Source: Bacillota bacterium
GTDB taxonomy: Bacteria > Bacillota > Sulfobacillia > Fermentithermobacillales > Fermentithermobacillaceae
Assembly (NCBI GenBank): GCA_040767525.1
Contig: JAXGOJ010000007.1
Location: 825 to 64,824 of the forward strand
Direction of reading: 5' to 3'
Length of the DNA: 64,000 nucleotides
Program-made: the position numbers and the translations under genes
Notes under the pieces: generated by a model
Seen by the model: only the letters and a program-made list of their open reading frames with translations
Databases searched by the model: none
What the model was told of the DNA's origin: nothing
Shown here: piece by piece, positions 29,728 through 38,382 of the stretch
How positions within the stretch are numbered: position 1 is the stretch's first letter
How the letters are laid out: each line of letters opens with the position of its first letter

Positions 29728-31152
29728 CTATGGCGCCAATCCTATAGTAGGCCAGTAAAACACCGAAAACAGAAGAATCACAACGATCACAATAGGCGTA
29801 ACTACCGCCCCGGCCTTCATTAGATCATGACTGTCGTAAAGGCCTGTGGAAAAGGTTGCAAGGGCAGATACAGACTGAGCAGGCAGGTAAAAACCAATCT
29901 TGCCTGCTGCCATGGCCACCATTCCGAGCCAAACAGGATTAGTTGAGGTCGAATTGGCAACAGCAAAAGTAATGGGCAGCATCACTGCATTTATCGTTGT
30001 TATGTTGTTCAACCCGAAACGGAGCAAAACCACAGACACAAGTATCACCAAAGCCATAGTGGCCGGGCTCTTACCGGCCAGCAAACCCGACAGGACTTCT
30101 GCGAGGCTCAAATGAAGGCCTGAAGTTGATACTGCTGTCGCCATCACGACGCTGGAAGCAAGAAGAATCAAGGTGCTCCAGTTGATCCTCTTGAGTGCTT
30201 CGTCCCAGTCGATAATACCTATGCCGGGCAAGACTGTGCAAAGACTCAGGGTAAGGGCAGTTAAGCCCACAGAGAAGTGATGCAAGGGCTCGGTCATCCA
30301 AAGCACAAGCATTGCGATTACCACCATTACCATTTTGTGCTCCAGTCTTTTCATAGGCCCAAGTTTGGCATAGCTAGCCGTGATGAACTCCCGCCCTTTA
30401 CTAATACAAGAAGGCGACGGCGGAAACAACCTCTTCAGGACATACCAGATCAGTATGGTACTAACAAGGTTTATAGGGGTATATGCCCTCGCCCACTGCA
30501 AGTAAGTCCATTCAAATCCAATCTGCTCTTTAAAAAGCTCAACGCCGTAAAACACGCCTGATGCCCCTGTGATACAGCTTGTACTACTTATCAAAGTACC
30601 AAACGTCATACCAATCATGAGCATCTTGGAGAAATTCTCATCATTAAACTCTCTGCACAATCCACTGGCAATAGGCAGCAATATTCCCACCCGGCCCACA
30701 GCGCTGGGAACAAAAAACGTCAACAAGAACAGGGTAAACATAACCATCAGCACAGTGTATTCAGCATGGCCCCCCGCAATCTTGAGAAGCCACAGGGAAA
30801 CCCGCCGCTCTATTCCGCTTACCCGAATACTCTCTGCAAGCAAAAGCACGCTAAATACCAATACAACCGTGGTGTTGCCCAGACAGTGAACCCCTTGCGT
30901 AAATGTGATTATCTCCGCGAAAACGAGGCTTACTGCATTCAAGAGGCCAACTACTGCAGGTGACAGTCCCCTGGATATCCAACCGGCAATTGTCCATACG
31001 GTCAAAAGACTGACCTTAAGCTGATTCCCTGAAAGGAAAGATGTGTTCCATGAATCTGGAAAAAGACGAAAGAGAAGTACAAGAATTAGGTAGCCGCACA
31101 CAATAATCTCCCCGCGCCGTTTGCGGATTGTGCCGGCAAGCGACGATATCAT
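29728..31152 (-). CDS. Anion permease of the SLC13/DASS or ArsB/NhaD superfamily
   Basis: Polytopic protein of about 475 aa with 11 or more TM segments. Likely start MISSLAG at 31152 (GGAGGG 6 nt upstream) inside ORF 29728-31182. Family assignment rests on overall architecture only. Confidence 0.6.
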   Translation of the reverse strand: MISSLAGTIRKRRGEIIVCGYLILVLLFRLFPDSWNTSFLSGNQLKVSLLTVWTIAGWISRGLSPAVVGLLNAVSLVFAEIITFTQGVHCLGNTTVVLVFSVLLLAESIRVSGIERRVSLWLLKIAGGHAEYTVLMVMFTLFLLTFFVPSAVGRVGILLPIASGLCREFNDENFSKMLMIGMTFGTLISSTSCITGASGVFYGVELFKEQIGFEWTYLQWARAYTPINLVSTILIWYVLKRLFPPSPSCISKGREFITASYAKLGPMKRLEHKMVMVVIAMLVLWMTEPLHHFSVGLTALTLSLCTVLPGIGIIDWDEALKRINWSTLILLASSVVMATAVSTSGLHLSLAEVLSGLLAGKSPATMALVILVSVVLLRFGLNNITTINAVMLPITFAVANSTSTNPVWLGMVAMAAGKIGFYLPAQSVSALATFSTGLYDSHDLMKAGAVVTPIVIVVILLFSVFYWPTIGLAP

Positions 31153-31242
31153 TGAGATCCCTCCACAGCTTCTCCATAACACTCGGCACGGAGAAGCAAT
31201 TGAAGCTTTCTCCGTGCCGCAGTAATCATGGGCCGCAAACCA

Positions 31243-31563
31243 TTAGAGTGGAATTTCCAGACCCATTAATGGCGGATATTGCTGGCAGCCAAAAACATCC
31301 GCGTCTCCCGGGCTGCCACTGGGTATTGACCTGTAAATGGTAAACTTTATGGCACATGCAGGGTCGAATTCCACAAAATCACTAAGCCTTTCTTTAGGCA
31401 CCCCGAATAACCTTGTTACGGTTTCCGGTGTCAATGCATTGCTCGCCTTAACAGCCTCATAGTCCTCCCGGTTCTTAAAGATTATATCAAAGGTCACCTT
31501 ATCCGGGCCTGCATTTTTGCTTCTTATGACCTTGGCAAGATCCTCCAACTTAACGGTTCTCAT
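31243..31563 (-). CDS. DUF4387-family small protein (usual partner of DUF1446/AtuA-like proteins)
   Basis: Start MRTVKLEDLAKVIRSKNAGPDKVTFDIIF at 31563 with RBS AAGGAGG. C-terminal PSGSPGDADVFGCQQYPPL. It lies 13 nt after the DUF1446 stop. Confidence 0.7.
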   Translation of the reverse strand: MRTVKLEDLAKVIRSKNAGPDKVTFDIIFKNREDYEAVKASNALTPETVTRLFGVPKERLSDFVEFDPACAIKFTIYRSIPSGSPGDADVFGCQQYPPLMGLEIPL

Positions 31564-31576
31564 TTTCTTGACCTCC

Positions 31577-32950
31577 TTATACCCCAGCCTCAGTAATTTT
31601 GACCGGGAAAAACTCAAGTGGATCGTCTACAGGAATAATGTGGTTCAAGGTCCACTTATACGCGGGGGAAACTGCAAATACTTCGTCTACAAGAAACGCA
31701 GCTGTGCCGGCTGTACCCTTAACTTCCGGCAACCTTGCGTAAAACAGCTGCCTTGTCCCTATCATTGCGACTTCCTCAGCAAGCTCTTTGGTGGGGGCAA
31801 TACCTTCTACAACAATGCAAAGTTCGTGTGGATTTGTATTCTTAACAGGCTCAAGATCACTCATAACCGCATTCTTTCCATAAACGTGGAAGAATACCTG
31901 GTACTCGGTATCTTTGAATCTCTCTTCCACCTGGCTTCTCGCCCAATCAACTACCTTATCCACATTTTCAATCAGATAAGGATCTCTGATTCCCGCAATT
32001 CCAAGATACCGTTCACCGATTTTGCCGGCGCCTTCTAACTTAACTTTCACTTTACCCTCTATGGGGATGAATTTGGGCCCTGTTATGGCGCAGGTCTTTG
32101 GATCATGCTTCTTGTATTCACAATTGGTCATATCAAGAAGGCCGCCTGCCACATGCTCATAAAAGGGATTTGACCTTTCGTACATAGCATGAGCTGAAAC
32201 CGATTCTACAGTGCACATCTGGTTAGGGTGCATGGCCTTTACTTTTACATCTTCATGAGAAATAGTCCCGATAATTGTCTCTTTCGCCCCGTATGGTTCG
32301 GCACAGAAGGAAGCACATTCCATCACTTTTCCAAGGTAGTACGAAAGAGCTTCTGAGAAACCCTCTCGTATGGCCGGAGCCGCGAATATAGCACAGTCAC
32401 TGGAACGGCCGCCAATGATAACGTCGGCCCCCATCTCAAGCAACTTCATGAACGGATGGACTCCCGCCACTGCCACGATCCTGTCGGTATTCTCGGCTTC
32501 TTCAACCGTTAGGTTTGGCCTGCCATCAAGCCCCTCAATCTCAACACCCTGCTTCAGTTTGTCCACAATGTGCTGAACAGGTACTTCAGAGTAGAAGTAG
32601 CCCAACTTAAATCTAGGAATATTATGTTTCTCAGCCAGTTTCTTTATGATATCCACATACATGTCAACCCGGCTATTGGTCCCAGTATCTCCTGACGAAC
32701 CAATGATCATTGGTACCCCTTGCTTCCTGGCAGCCACGAGCATCATTTCCAGGTCATGCGCCTGCCATTCGTAAGGACTGACCGACTTGTCTACCCCAAG
32801 GGGAGTAGGGCCTATGTCATTACTTCCTGAGTCGCAACAGTAGTAGTCGGGATTTTCCTCTACTCCAATCCAAAAACTTTTCTCTTTTGAAGGAGCAAAC
32901 CCCATGTGTCCGTTAGGACATAGAATCGTCAACTTCTCTTTCTTTGACAC
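31577..32950 (-). CDS. DUF1446 / AtuA-like (acyclic terpene utilisation family) protein
   Basis: 457 aa, GTG start with a GAGGAGGG RBS. Assigned mainly from the conserved pairing with DUF4387 and the N-terminal CDSGSNDIGPTPLG / IIGSSGDTG layout. Needs HMM confirmation. Confidence 0.6.
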   Translation of the reverse strand: MSKKEKLTILCPNGHMGFAPSKEKSFWIGVEENPDYYCCDSGSNDIGPTPLGVDKSVSPYEWQAHDLEMMLVAARKQGVPMIIGSSGDTGTNSRVDMYVDIIKKLAEKHNIPRFKLGYFYSEVPVQHIVDKLKQGVEIEGLDGRPNLTVEEAENTDRIVAVAGVHPFMKLLEMGADVIIGGRSSDCAIFAAPAIREGFSEALSYYLGKVMECASFCAEPYGAKETIIGTISHEDVKVKAMHPNQMCTVESVSAHAMYERSNPFYEHVAGGLLDMTNCEYKKHDPKTCAITGPKFIPIEGKVKVKLEGAGKIGERYLGIAGIRDPYLIENVDKVVDWARSQVEERFKDTEYQVFFHVYGKNAVMSDLEPVKNTNPHELCIVVEGIAPTKELAEEVAMIGTRQLFYARLPEVKGTAGTAAFLVDEVFAVSPAYKWTLNHIIPVDDPLEFFPVKITEAGV

Positions 32951-33050
32951 TGTTTTGTGCCCTCCTCAAAAACAATTGATTTTTGGCCAGCGGTTATAAT
33001 AGGTTATTACCACACGAGCAACCAAAACTCCTTCTTTTCAGTTACTTAAT

Positions 33051-33824
33051 TTAAAGATTCTGTGCAGTTTCTTGAGTTGTGACCTCACGGGTAATAGAAA
33101 ACTTGTAGCGATCGGCCCTATAATACGCTGTTCTGAACTCAACAGGAATGTCGTTCTTAGCCTCGACCAAGGATTCTACTACGAAAAGCGCTGCAGATTG
33201 GTCAAGTCTGAGATACCGTGCCACTCTACCTGACGCCAGCTTAGCCTCAAAGGTTTGCCGAGCCCTTACAGGACTGAGGTCTTCACTTATGCCCTGGTAC
33301 AAATCAAATGAGGTAAAGGGTTTATCCTCGGCTCCCCATTCAGTTGCTCTCCGGGCCATCAAAGCGCCCAATTCAGGCCTGAAATATGAGATATATACAG
33401 CCAGAGGTTCTGAGTCTGCCATACCTAGTAATACGATCCTTACCAGGGGCGTCCTCTTGTTTACATCCAAAGCAGTATATATCCTGTCAGTTGCCGATAC
33501 CCTTTTGACTTCAATAACCGAGGTCCTGGGGAAAAGGCCCAAACCAGTCATAGTCTTATCGAACAGGGTTATCTGCTCAAGGGCTTGCACTATCTTCTTT
33601 GAAGCTACGTAAGTGCCTTTACCCTGCCTCTTAACTAAAAGTCCGTCGACAGTGGCAAGATGAATCGCCTGTCTTACCGTAATTCTGCTTACACCGTACA
33701 TGTTACACAGTTCCCGTTCAGACGGGATTGCCGTGTCCTCAGGATAGGTTCCATCTTCAATTTTCTTCTGAATCAAATCCTTTAGCTGAATGTACAAAGG
33801 GATCTGGCCAGTCTTGTCGAGCAT
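33051..33824 (-). CDS. GntR-family transcriptional regulator, HutC/UTRA subfamily
   Basis: Winged HTH IPSERELCNMYGVSRITVRQAIHLATVDGLLVKRQGKGTYV, followed by a UTRA-like effector domain. ATG 33824 with AGGAGG 7 nt upstream. Confidence 0.85.
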   Translation of the reverse strand: MLDKTGQIPLYIQLKDLIQKKIEDGTYPEDTAIPSERELCNMYGVSRITVRQAIHLATVDGLLVKRQGKGTYVASKKIVQALEQITLFDKTMTGLGLFPRTSVIEVKRVSATDRIYTALDVNKRTPLVRIVLLGMADSEPLAVYISYFRPELGALMARRATEWGAEDKPFTSFDLYQGISEDLSPVRARQTFEAKLASGRVARYLRLDQSAALFVVESLVEAKNDIPVEFRTAYYRADRYKFSITREVTTQETAQNL

Positions 33825-34123
33825 CAACCATCCTCCTATTGCTCGTCTGCATTTGCAGGTTCATTCTAGCATACTTTGAAATCATACCAAATATGTTAAC
33901 AGGCTATTGCCTGGTCAGTCTCTTCCATAGTTCCCTTATCACTCTTGAACAGAAAGCTCGGTCTTTGGTCTCTTGTTTTCAGAATAACGAACCATTAAAC
34001 CCCGGGGCAAACCTGGCCTCTCGCAGGGGCAGGCTGCAAAGAAAAGGCTGCTCTGCGCGAGCAACCTTTGCCATGGCCCACCTGCCCAAACTTTCCTGGT
34101 AGATTTGCTCAAATCAATTTGAT

Positions 34124-35734
34124 CTACACACGATGCCGCAACACCATACCAGGTTTAGCTTCTGTATGCTCGCCTTCAGCCACTACAACCTGGCCGTTAA
34201 CGAAAACGTATTCTATTCCTGAAGGATAAAGCCGGGGTGAATCAAACGTAGCATTATCCTTGATCGTAATAGGATCAAATACTACTATGTCTGCCTTAAA
34301 GCCTGGTTTTACATATCCCCTATCCTTGATATTGAGGCGTTCTGCAGGCATAGATGTCATTTTTCTGACGGCATCTTCCAGGGTAATCACCTGGCTATCC
34401 AAAGCGTATTTTGAAATCACCCTGGGGAATGTGCCGAAACTCCTTGGGTGAGGCGGCCCGGATGATAACACGCCTTCAGGCCTCAAGGCCCGCCCGTCAG
34501 AAGCAATCATCACAAAGGGAGCTTTCATTATTGTTAGAAGGTCTTCTTCTTTCATGGAAAATGTGACCAATTGCGGGTTAAAAAGCTCCACAAGCCTTAG
34601 GGTGGTTTCAGCCGGATCAAATCCTGTTATCTCGGAAATCTCCGCCAAGGATTTGCCGCTGTATTCAGGCTTTGGCGGGTACCGTCCGATAACTAATCTC
34701 TCAGGGCCGCCCCGCCGGGCAAGATTCCGAACAGCCTCTGTTTTGATCCTTTGGCGAATATGCGGGTCTTTTAGTCTGTCAGAAAAATCCTGTTTGGACC
34801 CGGATTGAGCCCATCGTGGAATGAGCGAACCAATAATGCTTGAACACGCCGCCAGGTATGGGTATTGATCTGTCGCGACATCAAAGCCTCTTTTTCTCGC
34901 ATCCTCAACAGTCTTTACAAGTACACCGGCTAAACCCCAGGTTGCTGGCCCTACACACTTCATGTGAGAAATCTCAACCCTTGCCCCGCTATCCCTGGCT
35001 ACACATAACATTTCCTGCAACGCAGCTAAAAGGCCTATATTATAATCAGATTCATCTCGCAGGTGACATGTTACAAGGCCGTGGTAATCTGCAACCACCT
35101 TTCCAAACTCTATAACCTCTCCGATCTTTGCATAACTGCCTGGCGCATAGTAAAGGCCCAGAGACATACCGAAAGCACCTTGCTCCAGAGCTTCCCTTAG
35201 CAAATGGCCACATTCCTGAAATTCACCAGAACTAAGATCCCGGTTGGCGTAACCTGAGACAGCAGTCCTGATTGACGCGTGTCCGACTAACGCGCCAATG
35301 TTAATTGATAGTCCCTGGGATCCCACTACTTGTAAGTAGTCATCAAGAGTGGACCATGGGAGCTTCTCGGTCCATTCATATAACTCAAATATAAACTTCT
35401 GAAACGTTTCAGGGAATTGCCCTACCAAAGGAAATGCAGAATTTCCGCAATTCCCCACAATCTCAGTGGTAATGCCCTGCATAACTGAACTCCTGGCAGT
35501 GCCGTCAATGAAAACCTCGGCATCAGAATGGCCGTGAATATCTATGAAACCAGGACACACAATCTTTCCTGTAGCATCAATCACCTGGTATCCGTGCCCG
35601 GGTTCTTGCCCTATCTTGTCTCGAATACCAGGGGCTACCCGAGAAATAGCATCCCCCTCAATTAAAATGTCTGAGTAAAACCACGGGTTGCCTGAACCGT
35701 CAATGACTTTTCCCCCGGTAATGAGTGTCTTCAC
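34124..35734 (-). CDS. D-aminoacylase (N-acyl-D-amino-acid deacylase) family amidohydrolase, copy 2
   Basis: MKTLITGGKVIDGSGNPWFYSDILIEGDAISRV...CPGFIDIHGHSDA; C-terminal FKADIVVFDP...VFVNG. Confidence 0.8.
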   Translation of the reverse strand: MKTLITGGKVIDGSGNPWFYSDILIEGDAISRVAPGIRDKIGQEPGHGYQVIDATGKIVCPGFIDIHGHSDAEVFIDGTARSSVMQGITTEIVGNCGNSAFPLVGQFPETFQKFIFELYEWTEKLPWSTLDDYLQVVGSQGLSINIGALVGHASIRTAVSGYANRDLSSGEFQECGHLLREALEQGAFGMSLGLYYAPGSYAKIGEVIEFGKVVADYHGLVTCHLRDESDYNIGLLAALQEMLCVARDSGARVEISHMKCVGPATWGLAGVLVKTVEDARKRGFDVATDQYPYLAACSSIIGSLIPRWAQSGSKQDFSDRLKDPHIRQRIKTEAVRNLARRGGPERLVIGRYPPKPEYSGKSLAEISEITGFDPAETTLRLVELFNPQLVTFSMKEEDLLTIMKAPFVMIASDGRALRPEGVLSSGPPHPRSFGTFPRVISKYALDSQVITLEDAVRKMTSMPAERLNIKDRGYVKPGFKADIVVFDPITIKDNATFDSPRLYPSGIEYVFVNGQVVVAEGEHTEAKPGMVLRHRV

Positions 35735-36093
35735 CGGTACTCTGGTTGCCAGAGGATTACTCCCCCTGAGTGGTGTGAAGGCTGGACTGTTTTCGATTCG
35801 GGAGACTGGGTTCCCATGTCATCACTCCCTTTGGACATAATCTTGGTTTGCTGTTGATGCCGGATCGTTATTACTGGTATTAGCCTGTTATACTTTTCTG
35901 TAAGCAAGTGCTGAATTCCTGCCGGATTCACCAATACTCATGGGAATTTGATAGTTAAGGCGGCGTGTGCGGTGCAAAACTCGTCAAACCCAGACTCTGC
36001 ACAATTGTCATAGGTCAATTGCAGCATTCAGTTTCTTGTCAACACGAAGTTTGCCACCTTACGGCATTGATTCAAGACAATGTGTAAAGCAGA

Positions 36094-37203
36094 TTAGCTC
36101 CCTGATGAAATATATACCCTGCGTACAAAATGCGGGAGCAAGAATTCACCTACACCAAGCCCCGCGGACATTGCAGATTCCACAATCCGGATAGCCTCAT
36201 TGCCCTGGCTGCCGCATATGACGACCTCGTCCCCTGGTTCCACTCCGGGTATACCGGTAATATCCACAGCCATCCGGTTCATACAGATGAGGCCTATCAT
36301 AGGAGCTCGTTTACCTTTAATCAAAACTTCCCCGGTGTTTGTTAGTTTTCGGGGAAGTCCGTAACCGTATCCAACAGGAATACTTGCAACAATAGTGGGC
36401 CGGGAACACCGGAATAAAGAAGAGTAACTTATTTCCGCTCCCTCAGGTAGTGCCTTTACAGCCTCAACTTTTGCTTTGAAAGCCATGGATTCTGTTAAAC
36501 CAATAGGATCAGGAAATGAAAAGGCCCACATTCCATGAAGCCCGCACCCGGTTCTGACCATGTCCAGGTGTGCCTCTGGAACTTGAGCAATAGCACCTGT
36601 GCTGCAGGCATGACGTATGCCAGGATTAATTCCCATTGCTTCCACTATTTCAAGGGCACGGAAGAACATAGCCAGTTGTTTCCTTGAACCATCAGGAGTT
36701 TGTGCCCCTGCATTTGCAAAATGAGTGAAAACCCCTTCTGCCTTAACTCCCGGAGTCGAAGCCAGGAGGTTCGCGAGGCCTTTGATCTTATCGGGCCTTA
36801 CCCCTGTGATACCCATGCCCGTATCAATTTCTAGATGAATCGATGCCTGACTGTTCAGTTTCTCTGCCTGTTTCCCCAGTGCCATTAGCAAATCTGCATC
36901 GCCTGTGGCCTGTGAAAGATTATGCTGTATAACATCACCGGCCCGCACTGCAGGTGTTCGTCCAAGGATAAGAACCGGGGCAGTGAACCCTGCTTGTCTT
37001 AGCGCGATCCCTTCGTCAATATCGGCAACACCTAGCCATGAAGCTCCACCTCCCAGGGCGGCTTCTGCTACCTGCTTCATTCCATATCCATAGGCATCAG
37101 ACTTCACCACGGCCAGAACTTCTGTATCCGGGCCAATAAACCGCCTAATTTTTCCCACGTTTTCACGGATTATGTCGAGATCTACTTCCACCCAGGCGTT
37201 CAT
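36094..37203 (-). CDS. alr: Alanine racemase
   Basis: WVEVDLDIIRENVGKIRRFI...LAVVKSDAYGYGM, with the PLP lysine in the AVVKxxAYGxG motif. 369 aa with an alr-typical C-terminal beta domain. Confidence 0.85.
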   Translation of the reverse strand: MNAWVEVDLDIIRENVGKIRRFIGPDTEVLAVVKSDAYGYGMKQVAEAALGGGASWLGVADIDEGIALRQAGFTAPVLILGRTPAVRAGDVIQHNLSQATGDADLLMALGKQAEKLNSQASIHLEIDTGMGITGVRPDKIKGLANLLASTPGVKAEGVFTHFANAGAQTPDGSRKQLAMFFRALEIVEAMGINPGIRHACSTGAIAQVPEAHLDMVRTGCGLHGMWAFSFPDPIGLTESMAFKAKVEAVKALPEGAEISYSSLFRCSRPTIVASIPVGYGYGLPRKLTNTGEVLIKGKRAPMIGLICMNRMAVDITGIPGVEPGDEVVICGSQGNEAIRIVESAMSAGLGVGEFLLPHFVRRVYISSGS

Positions 37204-37369
37204 GTCAAAAACTCCTTTGAAATATGATGCAAGAATTTCTTAGTTCTGCCGAAGTCCGGTGCTTAAGTCAAATCAAGTGTCAAAAAACTGCTACGAATAA
37301 AGAGTACAGAATTAACGGAAACCAAATGCAATACTTCCGTACATTCGGCAACGTGCTTGCGTAGTCCGC

Positions 37370-38382
37370 CTATAACGCCTGAACTCTCGTCAATCCCGCT
37401 TTGGCGGCGGTTTTTAAGGCGGCACGGTATTCTCTGAATGTAACTCTTCTTCCCAAAGCCGGATGGTAGAAGCGGCTGTAATACGAGCATATTGTACTGG
37501 TCCATGATGTTCACGTAAGTATCCCTGGAGATCTCTTCTGCAATGAACTTCATTACCTTTTCTGTGCCGGCTGCTTTTTCAGGAGACCAGGTGCCTGACC
37601 AAAAGGCCCCGTAAAGCCAAGCCTTTTTCATCTATAACCAGATTTCACTGCCTGTACATTTCCTTGACTGCAGCAAAGTTGAGTTCAGGGTAATCCGGAG
37701 CCATAGAAAACTCCCTGGCAGATTCTGCCTCCCCGTATTTCATGTCAGGCATGTAGATATCAATAACTCCGTCCAAAAGACTAATTGTTTCTATAGAGTC
37801 ATAGCACTCAGTGTTATATACAAGGGGGATGTTGGTACCCTGCCCTGCAGCCCATCTCACAGCAGACAGGATACTCGGTACCACGTGGGTAGGCGAAACC
37901 AGGTTCACATTGTGACAGCCCATTTCCTGCACCCTGAGCATCAACCGGCCAAGTTGATCGTCAGTAACCTCATGGCCCCTGTCAAAGTGGGCAATATCGT
38001 AGTTCTGGCAAAAGATACACCTGAGGTTACAGTTGGAAAAAAAGATAGTGCCTGAACCCCGGGTGCCAACAAGTGGAGGCTCCTCGCCGAAATGAGGGCC
38101 GAAACTGGAGACCACAGCTTTATCTCCGGTTCTGCAAACTCCAATGGCAGGCCTGACAGAACCTGCTTTACTCTCTGCAAAATCCGCAGTGATACTATCT
38201 TCAGCAGTCTCAGCTTTTTTAGAAGGACGACCGGTTGTTGATTCAGTATTTCCAAACCGCATAACCCTGCAACGCCTCCCGCATAAAACACAGGGAGATG
38301 CCAGTTCTTTGGACTTTTGCAGCTTTTCATCCCACTGTTTCTCGCTAAGACACAGGTATGCCGGATATTTTGGCTTGCTCAC
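37370..38382 (-). CDS. PflX-type radical SAM protein (COG1313, homolog of PFL-activating enzymes); at least 3 frame breaks in the C-terminal third
   Basis: ORF 37645-38382 has the N-terminal CVLCGRRCRV cluster and the radical SAM motif CNLRCIFCQN. The continuation MKFIAEEISRDTYVNIMDQY lies in ORF 37263-37631. The true C-terminus RRVTFREYRAALKTAAKAGLTRVQAL ends at TAG 37370-37372 in a third frame. The GTG start overlaps the upstream gene's stop (GTGA at 38379-38382). Confidence 0.7.

Noticed and set aside
35731-35934. 67-aa ORF ending in a GTGA overlap with the D-aminoacylase copy 2 start
   Set aside because: The translation has no recognisable features and no RBS. The overlap could be coincidental. 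It may be a remnant, but I cannot support it as a gene.
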